Shown: positions 1 to 14,473, numbered from the stretch's first letter. The stretch is DNA of 64,000 nt from Flaccisagitta enflata (GCA_965153355.1 OZ231126.1:1984001-2048000), one strand, 5' to 3'. The notes: generated from the letters alone by a model not told the origin. Numbers and translations are program-made.

Positions 1-38
<38 letters not shown>

Positions 39-293
39 CTGTTCTTTTTGTGTTCCATCCCAAGTGGGGTAATGGGTGGGTGGGTAGGTGAATTTGGGTG
101 AAAGTGTCCAAGATTTTTAGCTTCATTTTGCGCATAGAATCTTCTAGGCTGCTTAGTCTCTTGAGTCTTGTCTTGTAGTTGATTCTGATTTAATTTTCTT
201 TCATTAGATTGATTTTGAAAAAAATCAAATTTTCTAACATACTTTCAAGCAGAGGTCAATACAAATACTCACCAAACACACGCAATTATTGAC

Positions 294-451
294 TTTTTAG
301 TCGCGGACACGCGACTCTATAAGCCACTTTTCGGTCCGTCGGTCCGTCGGTCCGTCGGTCCGTCGGTCCGTCGGTAACAAAGTCACTTTTCAAGGTTTTC
401 CGCTCCTGCCCACCCGTCCGCGACTAATGCTGCCGTGTATACGGCCTTGTT
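294..451 (+). mobile_element. HINE/DINE-1-like non-autonomous Helentron element (type example)
   Basis: T-run, 5' subTIR tagtcgcggac inside a palindrome, (GTCC/GTCG)n microsatellite, 3' subTIR gtccgcgacta, stem-loop gccgtgtatacggc, end cttgtt. Confidence 0.8.
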
Positions 452-550
452 ATTCCTCTCTTTGTGCTGTCATTGGGAGCCCGAGTTCCATGAACTTACA
501 AACATTCGGTAAAATTGACAATCGTTTTAAATATATTCTTCTTCCTCTAG

Positions 551-728
551 GCTTTCATCCAGGCCTACACAATCAGTGATCCCACAAATATCAGGGACAT
601 CCTGATGGAATACAGGGTGAAGATTGGCGATAACTCGAATGATTACCAACTGGGAGTCTCTGTTAAAGATAAAGGGGGAACTAAATACCATGATCGTTTT
701 TCAGTCTTGGACGGCGTAAAATTTGATT
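551..728 (+). CDS. Internal exon of SRCR-domain gene (gene starts upstream of window); AFIQAYTISDPTNIRDILMEYRVKIGDNSNDYQLGVSVKDKGGTKYHDRFSVLDGVKFD
   Basis: Acceptor cttcctctag at 541-550, donor gtaagt at 729, open frame; ends in phase 1 and joins in frame to exon 2632. Confidence 0.65.
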
Positions 729-756
729 GTAAGTACTTCTTTCAAGAACTCCATTG

Positions 757-1220
757 AACAAGGCCGGATACACGGTTGCCCCAGTCGCGTGCGGGTGGGC
801 AGGGGCCATAATTGAGGTCACCAGATCATTTGGGCAGGAGCAGTAAGGCCAAAAACCGCAAAAAAAAAAAAACAAAAAAGTAAAGTGTGACGGACCGACG
901 GACGGACCGACGAACGGACAAACCGACGGACCGACGGACGGACCGACAAAGCGGGGTGTAGAGTCGCGTAGCCCGCGACTAAAAATTAGAATTCGAATTT
1001 CTCCAGTTTACTCATTTAAATTGGGTTTTTAGTCGCGTGTTACGCGACTCTACACCCCGCTTTGATGGTCCGTCTATCCAAAAATTGGTCCATCACACTT
1101 TACTTTTTGGGGTATTTGCGGCGGAGCTCCTCACTGCTCCTTCCCAACTGATCATGTGACCCAAAATATGACCCCTGCCCGCTCGCACGCGACTGGGGCA
1201 GCCGTGTATCCGGCCTTGTT
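757..1220. mobile_element. Two head-to-head HINE copies (757-985 minus; 1026-1220 plus)
   Basis: Same termini tagtcgcg...gcgactctac and gccgtgtatccggccttgtt. Confidence 0.75.
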
Positions 1221-1274
1221 CATTTAAGTCTTGGTCTTGAAGCAAATTTCACAGTTACACAATGATTATTTTCG

Positions 1275-1853
1275 TTTTTGGGTAGTGGCCCCAAAGAACA
1301 GCGGGAATCTGTCTGCCTGTCCGTCTGTCTGTCTTTCCGTCCCCCCCTGCCCCATCATCAGGGCTTTGTCTCCTTTGGGGCCTATTCTGACCCAAATTCT
1401 ACCAAATAGCCCAAATCCAAGCATCTGGCCCAAATCCAGGCAAAATGGCCCAAATTCAATCATAATGGCCCAAGTCCAAGCAAAATGGCCCAAATCTGGC
1501 CAGAAAGCCCCAATTCTGGCCCGAGGTTCATCATTTTGGCCACTTAGACCTGTATTGTGGCCTCTGATACCTAGATTCTGAATAGATTTAAACGATTTTG
1601 CTTGGATTTTGGCCATATTACTTAGATTTGGGCTAAATGGCAGAATTTGGGTCAGAATAGGCCCCAACAGAGACAAAGCCCTGAGGATGGACAAACAAAT
1701 GAACGGATGGACAGACTGACAGACAGATTCCCCCTGTGTTCTACAAGACTTCGTCCACTTCAGGGCCGCTGCCCTGCTCCCCCTTAACTTAAAAACACAC
1801 ACTACTCAAGCAGGGCACGGGTACCGCTGACCACTTGCTGGCTTTTGGCTGTT
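1275..1853 (+). mobile_element. HINE-like element of the gggcagcggcccc family with central ~21-bp tandem repeats (relatives at 18880-19500, 44925-45410, 51700-52090, 56941)
   Basis: Shared ends (ccccctgtgttctacaRgacttcg...gggccgctgccc; ggtaccgctgacca) and degenerate 21-bp repeats. Confidence 0.6.
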
Positions 1854-2040
1854 CTTTTGTGGTAATGAGAGCGTGCATATGAATTGGAATATGTCCCAGA
1901 ACTCAATAATTCACAAGACCAGTTTTGCTTTGTGGGTCTGTCTGTCCGTCCGACTGTCCGTTCATTGCTCCGGCAATCAGTCTATCAAACTGTACTTTTC
2001 ACTGCGTTTTCCAGTCAATTTTGCATTAAAAAGTGTTAAT

Positions 2041-2542
2041 ACAAGGCCAGCACGTATAACTGATATAAGCTATAAGTGGCCTGCGAGAAATACATAATCA
2101 CTGAACAGAATCTAATTGACTTTAGATGACTTAAAACTACCTAAAATGAACTAAAATGAGTTAAAATGACCTAAATTGACTGAAATTGACCTAAGATGAC
2201 TCCAGAATGACTTGGACTAACTTTGATTGACTCAGGGTGACTTGAAATGACTTGAATTGACTCAAAATGACTTAAAATGACTTTAATTGACTTTAAATGA
2301 CATAAATTGACTTTAATTGACCTAAACTGACCAAAGTTACTAGCGCAAAAAAAAAAATGACTCAAATGACGTAAAATGACTTGAAATGATAGAATTTGAC
2401 TTAAAATGATGTTATTGACTTAAATTGGTATGAATATAACAAAAAAAAGTAAAATGTGACCAACCAACCAAGCGACAAACCAACCAAAAGACGGACGGTC
2501 AGAAGGACAAAGCAGGGTGTAGAGTCGCGCAGCACGCGACAA
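2041..2542 (-). mobile_element. HINE with central ~10-bp AAATGACTT tandem repeats (relative at 51021-51580)
   Basis: acaaggcc end, gtagagtcgcgcagcacgcgac end, internal 10-bp repeats. Confidence 0.65.
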
Positions 2543-2631
2543 GTCACTGGCTCCATTTCTTCTATGGTTTTTGTCTATTGAAAGTTGGAACAATAATGAT
2601 TGTTTCGTTATAATTCTTGCACATTCTTTAG

Positions 2632-2853
2632 ATACTAAACACTGGTGGACCGATGGCACTATTGAAGACAAGTACCTTGAAGACATTAATTACAACGAAA
2701 TGCCATTTGCTTGGACACAGTATTATCCGAGTATGGCTAAAGTTGGAGTTGCTGCTGGAGCTCGGCAGGAGTATTGCAGTTTAGGTTACAAAAGTCTCGT
2801 CCATACAGAAATCAGGATATTCAAAGATGGCGCAGCTATTGATTCTTCCACAG
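2632..2853 (+). CDS. Internal exon of SRCR-domain gene; (Y)TKHWWTDGTIEDKYLEDINYNEMPFAWTQYYPSMAKVGVAAGARQEYCSLGYKSLVHTEIRIFKDGAAIDSST
   Basis: Acceptor ttctttag, donor cag/gtaaaa, 222 nt symmetric phase 1, complex protein-like sequence inside ORF 2571..2903. Confidence 0.75.
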
Positions 2854-3105
2854 GTAAAAGGAATTGTAATAGCAAGGCCATAAGGCAAAAGCAGTTAAGC
2901 TAAGTTTTTGCAGAAGAACGGAATGTCCGCTGGAACAATGTTTGCTGTCATTGGATCAAAAGTATTGTATTTTTTTTAATTTGATAAGGTTAAAATGGTG
3001 ATAATAAAAAATAAAAAACATATCTAGAATTGTAAGACGCTAGCCTTTAATATGACTATAGACTTGACATAATGTTTGTATTAAACAAAAATTGTTTATT
3101 CTAAA

Positions 3106-3678
3106 TAACCATAAGTGCAATAAAAATGGCCGATTTTTCAACAGCTTTGTGCACAGGTTTTGGTCAAAAGATTCTTGGGACCATCCTAAAATTCATGCAT
3201 TGTAGAAACATATCAAAATTATCTTTCATTTGAGTCCATGCAGCAAATTTTTTCTCAATTCTTTTAGAAAATATGACAGATTAAGGGCTAACAACTAAAT
3301 TGCCACCTCATGAAAAAAGGGCCAAATTTGTCACTCGGATTTTCTGAAATACTTTAGATGAGTAAAAATGATAGAAGATCTTTATCGATTTCGATGAAAT
3401 TTTAGGTGCTAGTTGACCTGTATTTGCCCCAATATCAATTCAATTTTTATCAATATCGGGCAACGTCTTCTGTGATTTTTTATGGAACTTTGTAAAGATA
3501 CCATGGGCAGCTTCAAAATTAAGTGGTTTTGCTAATCTTACTCTCATTTGCATATTCATTGAGTTAGTGGTCCCACAAAAGTTTCAAATGAAAGATCTTT
3601 TGAAGGGCTTTCAAGGTGTCATGAATTTTGCTATGTTCGGACCTTTCAAATCGGCCATTTTTATTGCACTTATGGTTA
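3106..3678. mobile_element. MITE with ~31-bp terminal inverted repeats
   Basis: taaccataagtgcaataaaaatggccgattt and its reverse complement at 3648-3678. Confidence 0.55.
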
Positions 3679-4073
3679 TAATAACAAAAAAGTGAGAAAA
3701 AGCAAAAAATATCCTTGAAGAGAGTCTCGTTTAGCCTAACCATACGCAATTAATGATTTGAAATATTGACTTGTTTCTCTGGAATCTCGTACAGCATGCT
3801 GTGACAATGATTCAAGCAAAATTTGAGAAATTCATCCTATTTTCTTAATAATTTTTTAAGCGCATGAAATATTAAAACCTTGCTTTGGCCAACTTCCTGT
3901 GCTTGCATCAAGCTGCACACTGAGATTCAACTACCCCTGATATCTATCTATGTGTGTGCAAAAGCTCAATACGATCTGTAGAGTCAGCTAGAGTCAGCTC
4001 GCGTTCAAAGATATTCCTCAAATATGCAAATTAAGTAAATGCAAAACGAAATTTATTTGGTAATGATCAGAGA

Positions 4074-4133
<60 letters not shown>

Positions 4134-4359
4134 CACACAGATAAAAATGCAGGAAAAGATTGGTATGAATAAATTCCTTACTTCAGATTGTGAATTTATT
4201 TAACACAATAATTTTCCAGATTCCGCAGAATTAAATAATTTTCTCTGTTTTTACAATTCTAAGATTTAATCATGTTTTATGATTTTTTTGTTTTGAGCAA
4301 TTTAAATAAAAAACAAGAAAACAGATAGCTCAGCAATATCTACAAAAATTGACAAGCAT

Positions 4360-5240
<881 letters not shown>

Positions 5241-5392
5241 AGAACCTGAAGATGTGACGGAAAAGGAATGAATCAAGCAAACAAACAAACAACAAGAAAG
5301 AAGATGAATTTTCAAGTATTGTTCTTAAAGCAAGCTTCCCTCCGGAGACAACATTTGTGTTTCAAAGAAGGCCAAAATAGAAAAAATGTATA

Positions 5393-6700
5393 CAGTGCGA
5401 TGCATAAAAAAAGATACAAATTTTCTATTAAAAAATTCTATGCTCAAAAATTGCTTAAAAAACTTTTTTCCATGAGGAATCAAAAGAGTTGGAAGAAATG
5501 AAGTGATTAGCACCAATCTCAGACATTTTGGTCAATTTGACTAAATTTTATCATAAATTGAAAAATTACGTGTTACCAATTGATGCAAGATCTCCAAATA
5601 ACTCTTAATTTTGTCTTCAATTGTATCTGGATTCTTTGAATTGACATTGAACTAATGAAAATCCATGACATTTGGAGAGCCCTACAAAATAGCTTCCATT
5701 TGAGTCGTATCTGGCATCTTTAGCTCAATTCGTTTAAGAGTTATGTTAGTTTAAGTAAAACATTACTTTTTTGGTAGCAGCAAAAAAAAGGTCATAATTT
5801 ACGTAGATGTTTTTGATACCTTATCTTTGTTTTATCATAGAATTCAAACAAATTGATCAAACTCTTTGGACTTAGTGGCAATGTTTCCGTTTTTTGAAGC
5901 TCTTTCAAATGCTCACAAGAAAACCAAAAAAAAAAAAAAAATTATTTTAAGTCCCTTAAGGAGAAGGTATGGTATACAAATAGGCATATTAGATGACTCC
6001 TAAAGGCACCCCGAATCTTGCCATGGTCATGGGAGTCCCACCCCAATCTCCTACTTCAAGATAAATGTAAGAAGTCATACAAAGAGTGCGCCACCGTCTG
6101 ATTTGAATACATGAAAAGGAAGCCCTTTTCCATTGCTTTCTAACCATACATTCAAATGTCTCGGTGGCGCACCTTTAGTTGTACTTATTTCACCCAAAAA
6201 TTTTTTATGACATACTTTTGTTGTCTGACAATAGCTCTATCGAATCCTTGATCCACTCATTATGTAGGGCCAGTGTAACATTCCCATCAGTATATCGTAG
6301 TGTCTTGACTCTAATACGTCATCAATTTGTGTTTCTGAGTAAAAAATTAGACAAAAAATCTCTGCGAAGAATCATTTCCTTCTCTCAAAAGTCGTTCGTA
6401 CAAGACTGCAACCACATATTTTTCTTTCTCTCCAGTTTTTCTTTTTTTCTGCTTGCGTTTATTTCGAAGACTCGACCTCTTTTACTAAATAACTAATAAC
6501 TAAACTCCAAACAATGGCGATTACGATGATAACGGAGAAGTCGACGGTGCAGAGGAAGCTGACAATGCAACGACGATCGCGATGTTGCGGTGAGAACGAC
6601 GATGACGATGGCAATGACGGTGATGATGATGACGAAGACGACGACGAAAAGATAAAGACGAAGAAAACGGTGACGTTAATGACAACAATAACAACAACCC

Positions 6701-6743
<43 letters not shown>

Positions 6744-7227
6744 CAACAGCAACAACAACAGCAGCAACAGCGACAACAGCGATAGCGACAACAACAGCAA
6801 CAACAACAGCAACAACAGCGACAAGCGACAAGCAACAGCAGCGTCAGCAACAAGCGTCAGCGTCAGCAACAGCGTCAACAACCGTCAACAACAATGTCAA
6901 CAACAATGTCAACAACAATGTCAACAACAACGTCAGCAGCAATGTCAGCAACAGCGTCAACAGCAACGACTGACGGCGGCGACCGCGACGGCGGCGAAGC
7001 GACGACGCGGCGACAGCAGCGGCGACAACGGCGACCAGCGGCGGCGACAGCGGCGGCGGCGGCGAGCGGCAGCGGCGACGACGGCGACGCGGCGGCAACG
7101 GCGAGCAGCGGCAACGCGCACGCGAGCCGCGACAGCAGCGGCCGGCACAGCGACAACGAGCGACAGCAGCGACGACAGCGACAAGCAGCAGACAGCGACA
7201 AGCCGGCGACAACAGCGACAACGACAG

Positions 7228-7258
<31 letters not shown>

Positions 7259-7269
7259 AACAACGACGA

Positions 7270-7300
<31 letters not shown>

Positions 7301-7500
7301 AGACAACGACAACAGCAACAACAAACAACAAACAACAAACAACAGACATAAAAAAAACAAAGAAAAAACAACAAACACAACAAAAACAGACAACAACCAA
7401 AACAAACAAACACCAAACAACAACAGATAAAGACATCAACAACAACAAACAAATAACAGACAACAACAGATAAAGACATCAACAACAACAAACAAATAAC

Positions 7501-7587
<87 letters not shown>

Positions 7588-7867
7588 CGTCAACAACAAC
7601 AACATCAACAAACAAACAACAGACAACGACAACAACAGTAAAAAGAACAATAACAAAAGCGCCAACAGTATTTTACTGTTTTACAACTTTTGTTTCAGCG
7701 CAACCATGTTCTTCAACGCGTCTGAATATTCACACTTTTCTCTTCCAGGTAACATAATATCCGATTGGCGTCAACTGACTGCTGCATGGAGATGATTGCG
7801 GTTACCATCAAGTCTATCGTGGCCATGGTGGCGCTGAAACTCCAAATCTTCTTACAGAATACAACAA

Positions 7868-7951
<84 letters not shown>

Positions 7952-8788
7952 CGACAGCAACAACAATTAGATAGCCACTACTACATAGATGATTTGTTTC
8001 ACTTAGCACCCATCGCAATCTCTGTATCAAATATTGTTTGAGTTTGTATTTGTGTGGAGGGGGGTGAAGTGATCATACAATAATTTTCATTTCAAAAATA
8101 AACGTTTCAAGCTGATTTCATCTGGAATGTAAGACGGAACTGTTGACTTAGAGCAGTTGTTCAGTGCTGGTTTGATTTTCAAGAACGAATATGAGAAGCT
8201 ATGGAAATCTTGTTTTAGGTCGCGTGCTACACAACTACGTCAACCACCTGTTGGTCCCTCTATCCATCCGTCCATCTGTCCACCCATCATCCAGCAGTCT
8301 GTCCGTTTGCCACGTTTGTTGATTTTGGGTAACTTACAGGTCGCTGCCCCTGTCAAAAAACCTGATTGGCCTCCCATATTAACAACTTTGCATACCTGCA
8401 CGCAACTAAAGCTGTTCTATCTGTCGCTGTGTCCATCTGTTGATCAGTCTGTCCGATCAACTGCCAAAAATTTGCTTCTTAGGCATATTGCATCTCTGCC
8501 CCTGCCCATTGACAAAATAGCTTCTGCATTACTGCCAATGCCTACTCACACACATTTACAAGCGTTTATCAGATTTTTGACCAACTAGATATGAGGCTGT
8601 CACCCTCACAAGTCAGACATGACTTTTTTCAAACGGTTGGCAATGGTTGGCAAGGAAACGCCTATGATTTTTAGAATCAGCGTTGCAGGTTTACCCAAAC
8701 GTTATGTTTTCAGGCTTATCGAGGGTACTTCCATTCCTTCCTCTTAAACATGAACTTTGGCTTGTATCTTTTTTTATGCATCGCACTG
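5393..8788. mobile_element. Tc1/mariner-like non-autonomous element with nested repeats
   Basis: TIR cagtgcgatgcataaaaaaagatacaa at 5393 and its reverse complement ending 8788; TA on the left, TT on the right. Confidence 0.55.
6514..7970. repeat. Compound (AAC/GAC/AGC/GGC)n low-complexity tract
   Basis: Pure (AAC)n blocks grading into G-substituted triplets. Confidence 0.9.
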
Positions 8789-9340
8789 TTGATGATATAC
8801 AAAAATAAGTAATTAAAAGTGATTAAGATGCCTCAGACATGGTCTTTATAAGAAAAATTTGCATTTATTTAGCGAGGGGACCAAGTTTAGCCAATGTTAC
8901 CAAAAGAATTGTTTCAAAAATCTGTACTCAATTCATTTTTGGTCACTTTCAGGGGGCTGGTCGAAATTCTAAATTTGCATAGGAAATGAAAAAATGAAAA
9001 AACAATGGACATAGTTTTCTTCCCAAATCGATTACAGAGAGAACTATGTTTTTCAAAATGCAAAATTTCCCTGTGTTTGGCTTTCTTAGAATTTTGACCC
9101 CAGAAAATGAAGAAAAGTGTAAACAGAAATTCACTAAAAAAAATCATTTTCATGCTTGTTTTCTTGTGAATTGCATAGTTGAATTACATTTTAAGTCAGA
9201 TTATGACAAATATGTATGCATCAAGTGTCTTTAGAGACAATTTGTCCACTAAAAGCATCCAAGCTTCATTATCATCCTGATAATGATGTGAAAATTATGG
9301 TGAAACGCTTCTTTTTTCCTTCAAATATTTTCCGTCGTAA

Positions 9341-9425
<85 letters not shown>

Positions 9426-9522
9426 CGCGCGTGCGTGTGTGTGGACATTTGCGCTAGTTTGCGCAACATTAGTTTCATAGTTGTGTTCCTCAATCCTCAT
9501 GTGTGAAGCAATAACAATTCCC

Positions 9523-9997
9523 TATGAAAATTGGCAAATCTCAACTGAATCGGGGAAAAAAGTCGAATGCAGTTTTCGACTTTTTGACATATTCTATGAA
9601 AAGTTTGCGAATCTCAAGCAAATGGGACCAGCCTCAAACGAAATTGTCCAATTTTCAGCATGTATGCTCATATACATTTTTCTTGCATTCGCATGCTCAA
9701 GGATTTACCAATATACTAATCATCGATCCTACTTACGATTAAAAATAGTCCGAAAAAAAATTCAATCAGAATTTTTTATACAAAAAGATTGAGACAATCA
9801 TAACATGAGAAACATTTGTTGTAAAGCTTTGTGCTTGGCGCCAAATGAAAGTGAATTAACGTATTTACTTACCCTATCAATTTTGTTTGAGGCCCCATTT
9901 GCTTGAGATTCGCAAACTTTTCATGGAATATGTCGAAAAGTCGAAGACAGACTACGACTTTTTTCCCCGATTAAGTTGAGATTTGCCAACTTTCATA
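9523..9997. mobile_element. MITE with ~130-bp TIRs (related pieces at 21750-22560 and 49640-50450)
   Basis: tatgaaaattggcaaatctcaact... versus ...agttgagatttgccaactttcata. Confidence 0.7.
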
Positions 9998-10202
9998 ACC
10001 CTCTGAAAAGGTCCTGAGCACAGGTAAAGGAACTGTACAAACATATAGAGGCAAATTTTTTTGGAAAAAGTGACGATGCAATGGACCATTAGATGGCGGC
10101 TATGCGATGCTCAGTATTCAGTAAATGCGCCACAACAACCTTTTAGCTTGACTCTCACGCAAGTTTTTTCGCTATCTTTACTATTTTCTTTTGCAACATT
10201 AG

Positions 10203-10325
10203 CACATCCGAATACATACCAACCGTCACGTCAAAGGATCGGCGAAAAATGTCAATGGATAATATCAAGTGGTACAGCTGGAATAAAACGACTTCATAGA
10301 TGCCACTTTGGAGACACTAGGGGTG
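10203..10325 (+). CDS. Probable internal exon; (A)HPNTYQPSRQRIGEKCQWIISSGTAGIKRLHRCHFGDTRG (faintly resembles the start of a CUB domain)
   Basis: Pyrimidine tract + ag at 10201-10202, donor g/gtacgt at 10326, 123 nt symmetric phase 1, in frame with both neighbours. Confidence 0.55.
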
Positions 10326-10425
10326 GTACGTAAAGACTATCGGTTCATCGGTTCATCGATCTCTAGGTCCGTCGAACATGCTCACGCTTTTCTGCACTTT
10401 GCTCAATTATATTTACTTCTCCCTG

Positions 10426-10546
<121 letters not shown>

Positions 10547-10554
10547 TTCTGTAG

Positions 10555-11000
10555 GTATGGTTCGTATGGTGAATGGGAAGATAGTACTCAAGCCACCACC
10601 AAGTAGCTCGACCTCTTGTTTCAACGGACGTCTCGAAGCGCGCACACCAGTCAGCACTTATCCTAAAGGAACTATAATTATAACAAACAAATGGGGGCAA
10701 GTCTGTGACGATGGGTGGGATGGACAACATGCAAGGGAGTTTCGGGCGTCAGGAGTTGCTTGCCGTGATCTAGGTTTTACACAGCCGATTAATAAAGGAT
10801 CCTACTTTGTGGCCTCCAAAATCACCCCAAGCCCCGTTCGTGGGGACGAATGGGTTCTAGATGACCTAGTTTGCGATCTAGAATCGTATAAAAGCGTTTT
10901 TCAGTGCAAGTTTACTGGTTATGAAAATTGTGGTGATCATGAACAACTCGGGATTGATTGCTCACAAAATCGAAATCCTACTAGTGGGGTTCTTCTATGA
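10555..11000 (+). CDS. Terminal exon encoding a scavenger receptor cysteine-rich (SRCR) domain
   Basis: Motifs [47 protein letters not shown] match the SRCR consensus; acceptor ttttctgtag after a (CT)n tract; stop TGA at 10998-11000. Confidence 0.88.
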
Positions 11001-11167
11001 AAAATGTGCAGGGATACCTTCAGAAAATTAATGGAGAAACTTTCCTTACTGTTTCTGCCTAAGATAGCAATACTCTACAAAGTACAATGCCCAAAAAAGG
11101 TAAGCAGTGTAGCTGCCATCAAAATCTCACAAACCAATGGGACATTTTACCCAAATATGGTATTAGG

Positions 11168-11173
11168 AATAAA
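11168..11173 (+). promoter_or_regulatory. Candidate polyadenylation signal of the SRCR gene
   Basis: AATAAA about 170 nt after the stop codon. Confidence 0.35.
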
Positions 11174-11399
11174 TGCCAAATTTATGACCCTCCATCTTTT
11201 TAGTCGCGGACAAGCGACTCTATAAGAGGCTTTGTCCATCCGTTGGTTGGTTAGTTGGTCACGCTCGAGTTGAAAACGATCGCATAGTGTTAAAATGCGC
11301 ATTCTCGTCCCTGCCCACCCGTCCACGACTGGTTTTGGCCATGTATCCGGCCTTGTTTCTTTTATACAGTATGATTTTTTTCGAATGCAACATAAGAAA

Positions 11400-12975
11400 C
11401 CTATATATCTCCGCTCCTGAGCAATGTAGCAAGATGCGGATTGCACCATTGGAAAGAATACAAAAAACTATTTTTTCTATGTTTTTTTTCTGATATCATG
11501 ATGCAATATGAAGAATCTCTACCGCCAAGCCATGAAAAACATTGACATCTTTAACATCTCGAAATTGGCTGTCTGAATCCCCCTCTTAAAAAAGATGATG
11601 AAGATCAGTTGATCTAATAATCAGTGATCATGAGGCCAACGGAATCATGACGCAAATATTTTCTTGAGTCTGTCCAGAAAATCACACGGAAACCCCTTTG
11701 TTGCTAATCGGCCAGGAATCTCGATGGAGAAAATCTCAATTTTAAGGGTTATGAAAAAAAAAAATGGACCCATCCCAGATTTTTGCACAGGGGACCTAAA
11801 AAGGCTGTAGAACAAGATTCTGATGTTCATTTTGACCTAACTTGAGCCAAAAAAAAAGAAACGGGTTTTAGTGCAAAAAACAGCTATTTTTCTTTTAAAA
11901 ATGGCATTAAATGAAATATTTTGGCCCTTTTTTTTGCAGAAACATAAAGTACCAATAGTAATTGATATTTGAGTGAATGTAGAACAATTTTTAATGGGTC
12001 TATGAGGTTTGAAAATAGCATTAAAATGCTCAAAAATGAAGAAATGACCTAAGAATAAAAAAACTGATGATTTGGAACAGTTTCTTAGGGAAAAATATGC
12101 TGTCAGTATGAATTTCATCAATTTACTTAAAAAAACATGGCTGTGATAAGCGAAAAATGCAAAACCGCAATATGCAAATGAGATCAAAGTGCGATTTTTG
12201 CAAAAAATGGCAAAACATGTTTTTTCTTATTATTGAAGCTAAACACAATATAATATTGAGTACTTACCTTTCCAAAGCCATTTTTTGCAAAAACCGCACT
12301 TTGACCTCATTTGCATATTGCGGTTTTGCATTTTCGCTTATCACGGCTATGTTTTTTTAAGTAAATCGATGAAATTCATACTGTCAGCATATTTTACCCT
12401 AACTGTTCCAAAACATCAGTTTTGACAATTTTTTAATATTTAGGTCATTTCTTCATTTTTGAGCATTTTAATGCTATTTTTGAACCTCATAGACCAATTC
12501 AAAATTGTTCTAGAGTCACTCAAATATCAATTACCATTGGGAAAAAAGTCAAAAAAATTTCATTTAATACTATTTTTTAGGAAAAATAGTCGTTTTTTGC
12601 AATAAAAACCGTTTCTCTTTTTTTTTGGCTCAAGTCAGTACAAAATGAACATCAGAATCTTGTTCTACAGCCTTTTTAGGTCCCCTGTGCAAAAATCTGG
12701 GATGAGTCCATTTTTTTTTTTTTTAAAGAATTTAGCAAGTGAGACCTCTGGCCGTAATTATTTGACCAACTGAACCTCTTCATTCTTTTTGGAAGGAGAT
12801 TCAGAGAGCCAATTTCTTGGTGTTAGAGATGTCAATGTTTTTACTGGCATTGTGGTAGACATATGTCATTATGCATCATGATGTCACAAAAAACATAAAA
12901 AAAAAAGTTTTTCATGCTCTATCCAATGGTGCAATCCGCATCTTGCTACGATGCTCAGGGACATAGATATATAGG
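11400..12975. mobile_element. Fold-back element with a near-perfect inner palindrome at 11755-12725
   Basis: About 470-bp arms that are reverse complements around ~12240; outer arms also pair (gcaagatgcggattgcaccattgga). Confidence 0.75.
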
Positions 12976-14046
12976 TAGGCATCCAATATGGCGAGAATCC
13001 CAGGATTCAGGGCACCTCGGGGGGCCATATGCTGTCTTAACTTTCGGTTTAGATGCCTATTTCACATTGTTATATCGAAAATCATAAAGCGCCCATGCCT
13101 CTGTCATCATCTACATAGAAATCACTAACAAAAGTTGTTCTTCTGCCTTCCTCTTGCTCTCTGTTTTAGCGGCCCTCTAGGGGCACAAGGCAGAAAACGC
13201 AAAAAAACATATGAACAATGGCAGCGGCAGCGTCAGGAGCAGCGGCAGAGGATTTAAAACAAGCTGTGGTCTCTTGATCGTTGAGGAATTTATGATAATA
13301 GTACACATTTAAAACTCAAAAGCGCAGTATGTTTTACTTTGAACCAAGCATTGTCCACTTACACACAGCAAGTTAAGACAGCCCCTCATTCACTTATCCG
13401 AATCTTTCACTGGTGCTATGCGTTTTTAGCTTGAAATTTTATGCCTAATATAGGTTTCTTGTGTTGCATTCCAAAAAAATCATACTGTATTCTTTCAATG
13501 GAATGATATAAAACTTTTGGATCAGTCTTGTTTGAATGATATTTAGTAGTAGAATATGAAATTTTACAAAACTGATGATAGTTTCTCATAGGGGCCCATC
13601 CAGGGGTCCTCATGGGGACCTGAAATGGCCAAAAAATCTGAATGACCAAAATAATGAGTATTTGTTGTCATAACTCCAATAGAGTTATACTCTATTGGAG
13701 TTATGAATACTATTGGGGTTAAAAATACTATTGGAGTTATAAATACTATTGGAGTTATAAATACTCTATTGGAGTTATAAATTTTGTAATAATACTATCA
13801 TCTGATGGTAAAGATCTCACATCATACAGGTTAAGGGCTCTTTGGGGCTCACCCAGGAGCCCTAATAGATTCGAAATACTCTAAAATCACCACAATCTTG
13901 TCATTTTCTACTTTTTGGGCAGCAGCCTCAAAGTGGCTGATGACACACATGGAGAAATTTCTCCCATGAGACCCAAATTCCAGCCTCGAGGCTGATACCC
14001 ACTCTAGAGGCCCAAATCCCAGCTATGAGGACCATATCCCAGCCTA

Positions 14047-14458
14047 CTACGCGAATAAAAAAAAGCCGCACCCTTTTGTAGCTGACGCTGAGTAGAAGAG
14101 ACACAAAAAATTAATTTGAACTTTATCGTTTAACTGATTTTAAAGATTTTTGAATTTTCTTTCATTCTAGACCAACCCCAGGTCTGTATCTCAAACCGTT
14201 AAGGAGATAGAGCTTGCCAAAGTGAACCTCTCTTTAGCAAAAATGCTCATTTTTTATAGTATTGCAAAACTGAAAATAGCAATGTTTTTACTCTTTTTAA
14301 TGCCATTTCTAAACGAATAAAGCTAGAAATACCAGACTGAAACCCAATGAAAGATCTTTTTAAGATCTTCAAAATGGTCCAAGATTTTGTTTAATTATTT
14401 TGAAATTTAGTATGATAAATTGTCATTAAAAAGTTCGGCTTTTTTTTTATTTGGGTAG
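14047..14458. mobile_element. MITE with CTAC...GTAG termini, TA target duplication
   Basis: ctacgcgaataaaaaaaagccg / cggcttttttttatttgggtag; interrupts a HINE repeat unit cccagcctagagg. Confidence 0.6.
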
Positions 14459-14473
14459 TAGAGGCCAAAATTA

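Noticed and set aside
1231-1802. 116/178-aa ORFs (and similar at 19178-19580, 44958-45343)
   Set aside because: Frames run through the 21-bp tandem core of a non-autonomous element.
7699-7860. Extra exon of the SRCR gene at ttttctcttccag/gtaac
   Set aside because: Either 50 nt (frame-breaking) or hits a stop within 15 codons; lies between microsatellites inside a TE.
6459-8030. Long ORFs (e.g. 6514..7473, 319 aa) rich in Q/N/T/R/A
   Set aside because: Stop-free only because they are triplet microsatellite; open in most frames on both strands and inside an intron/TE.
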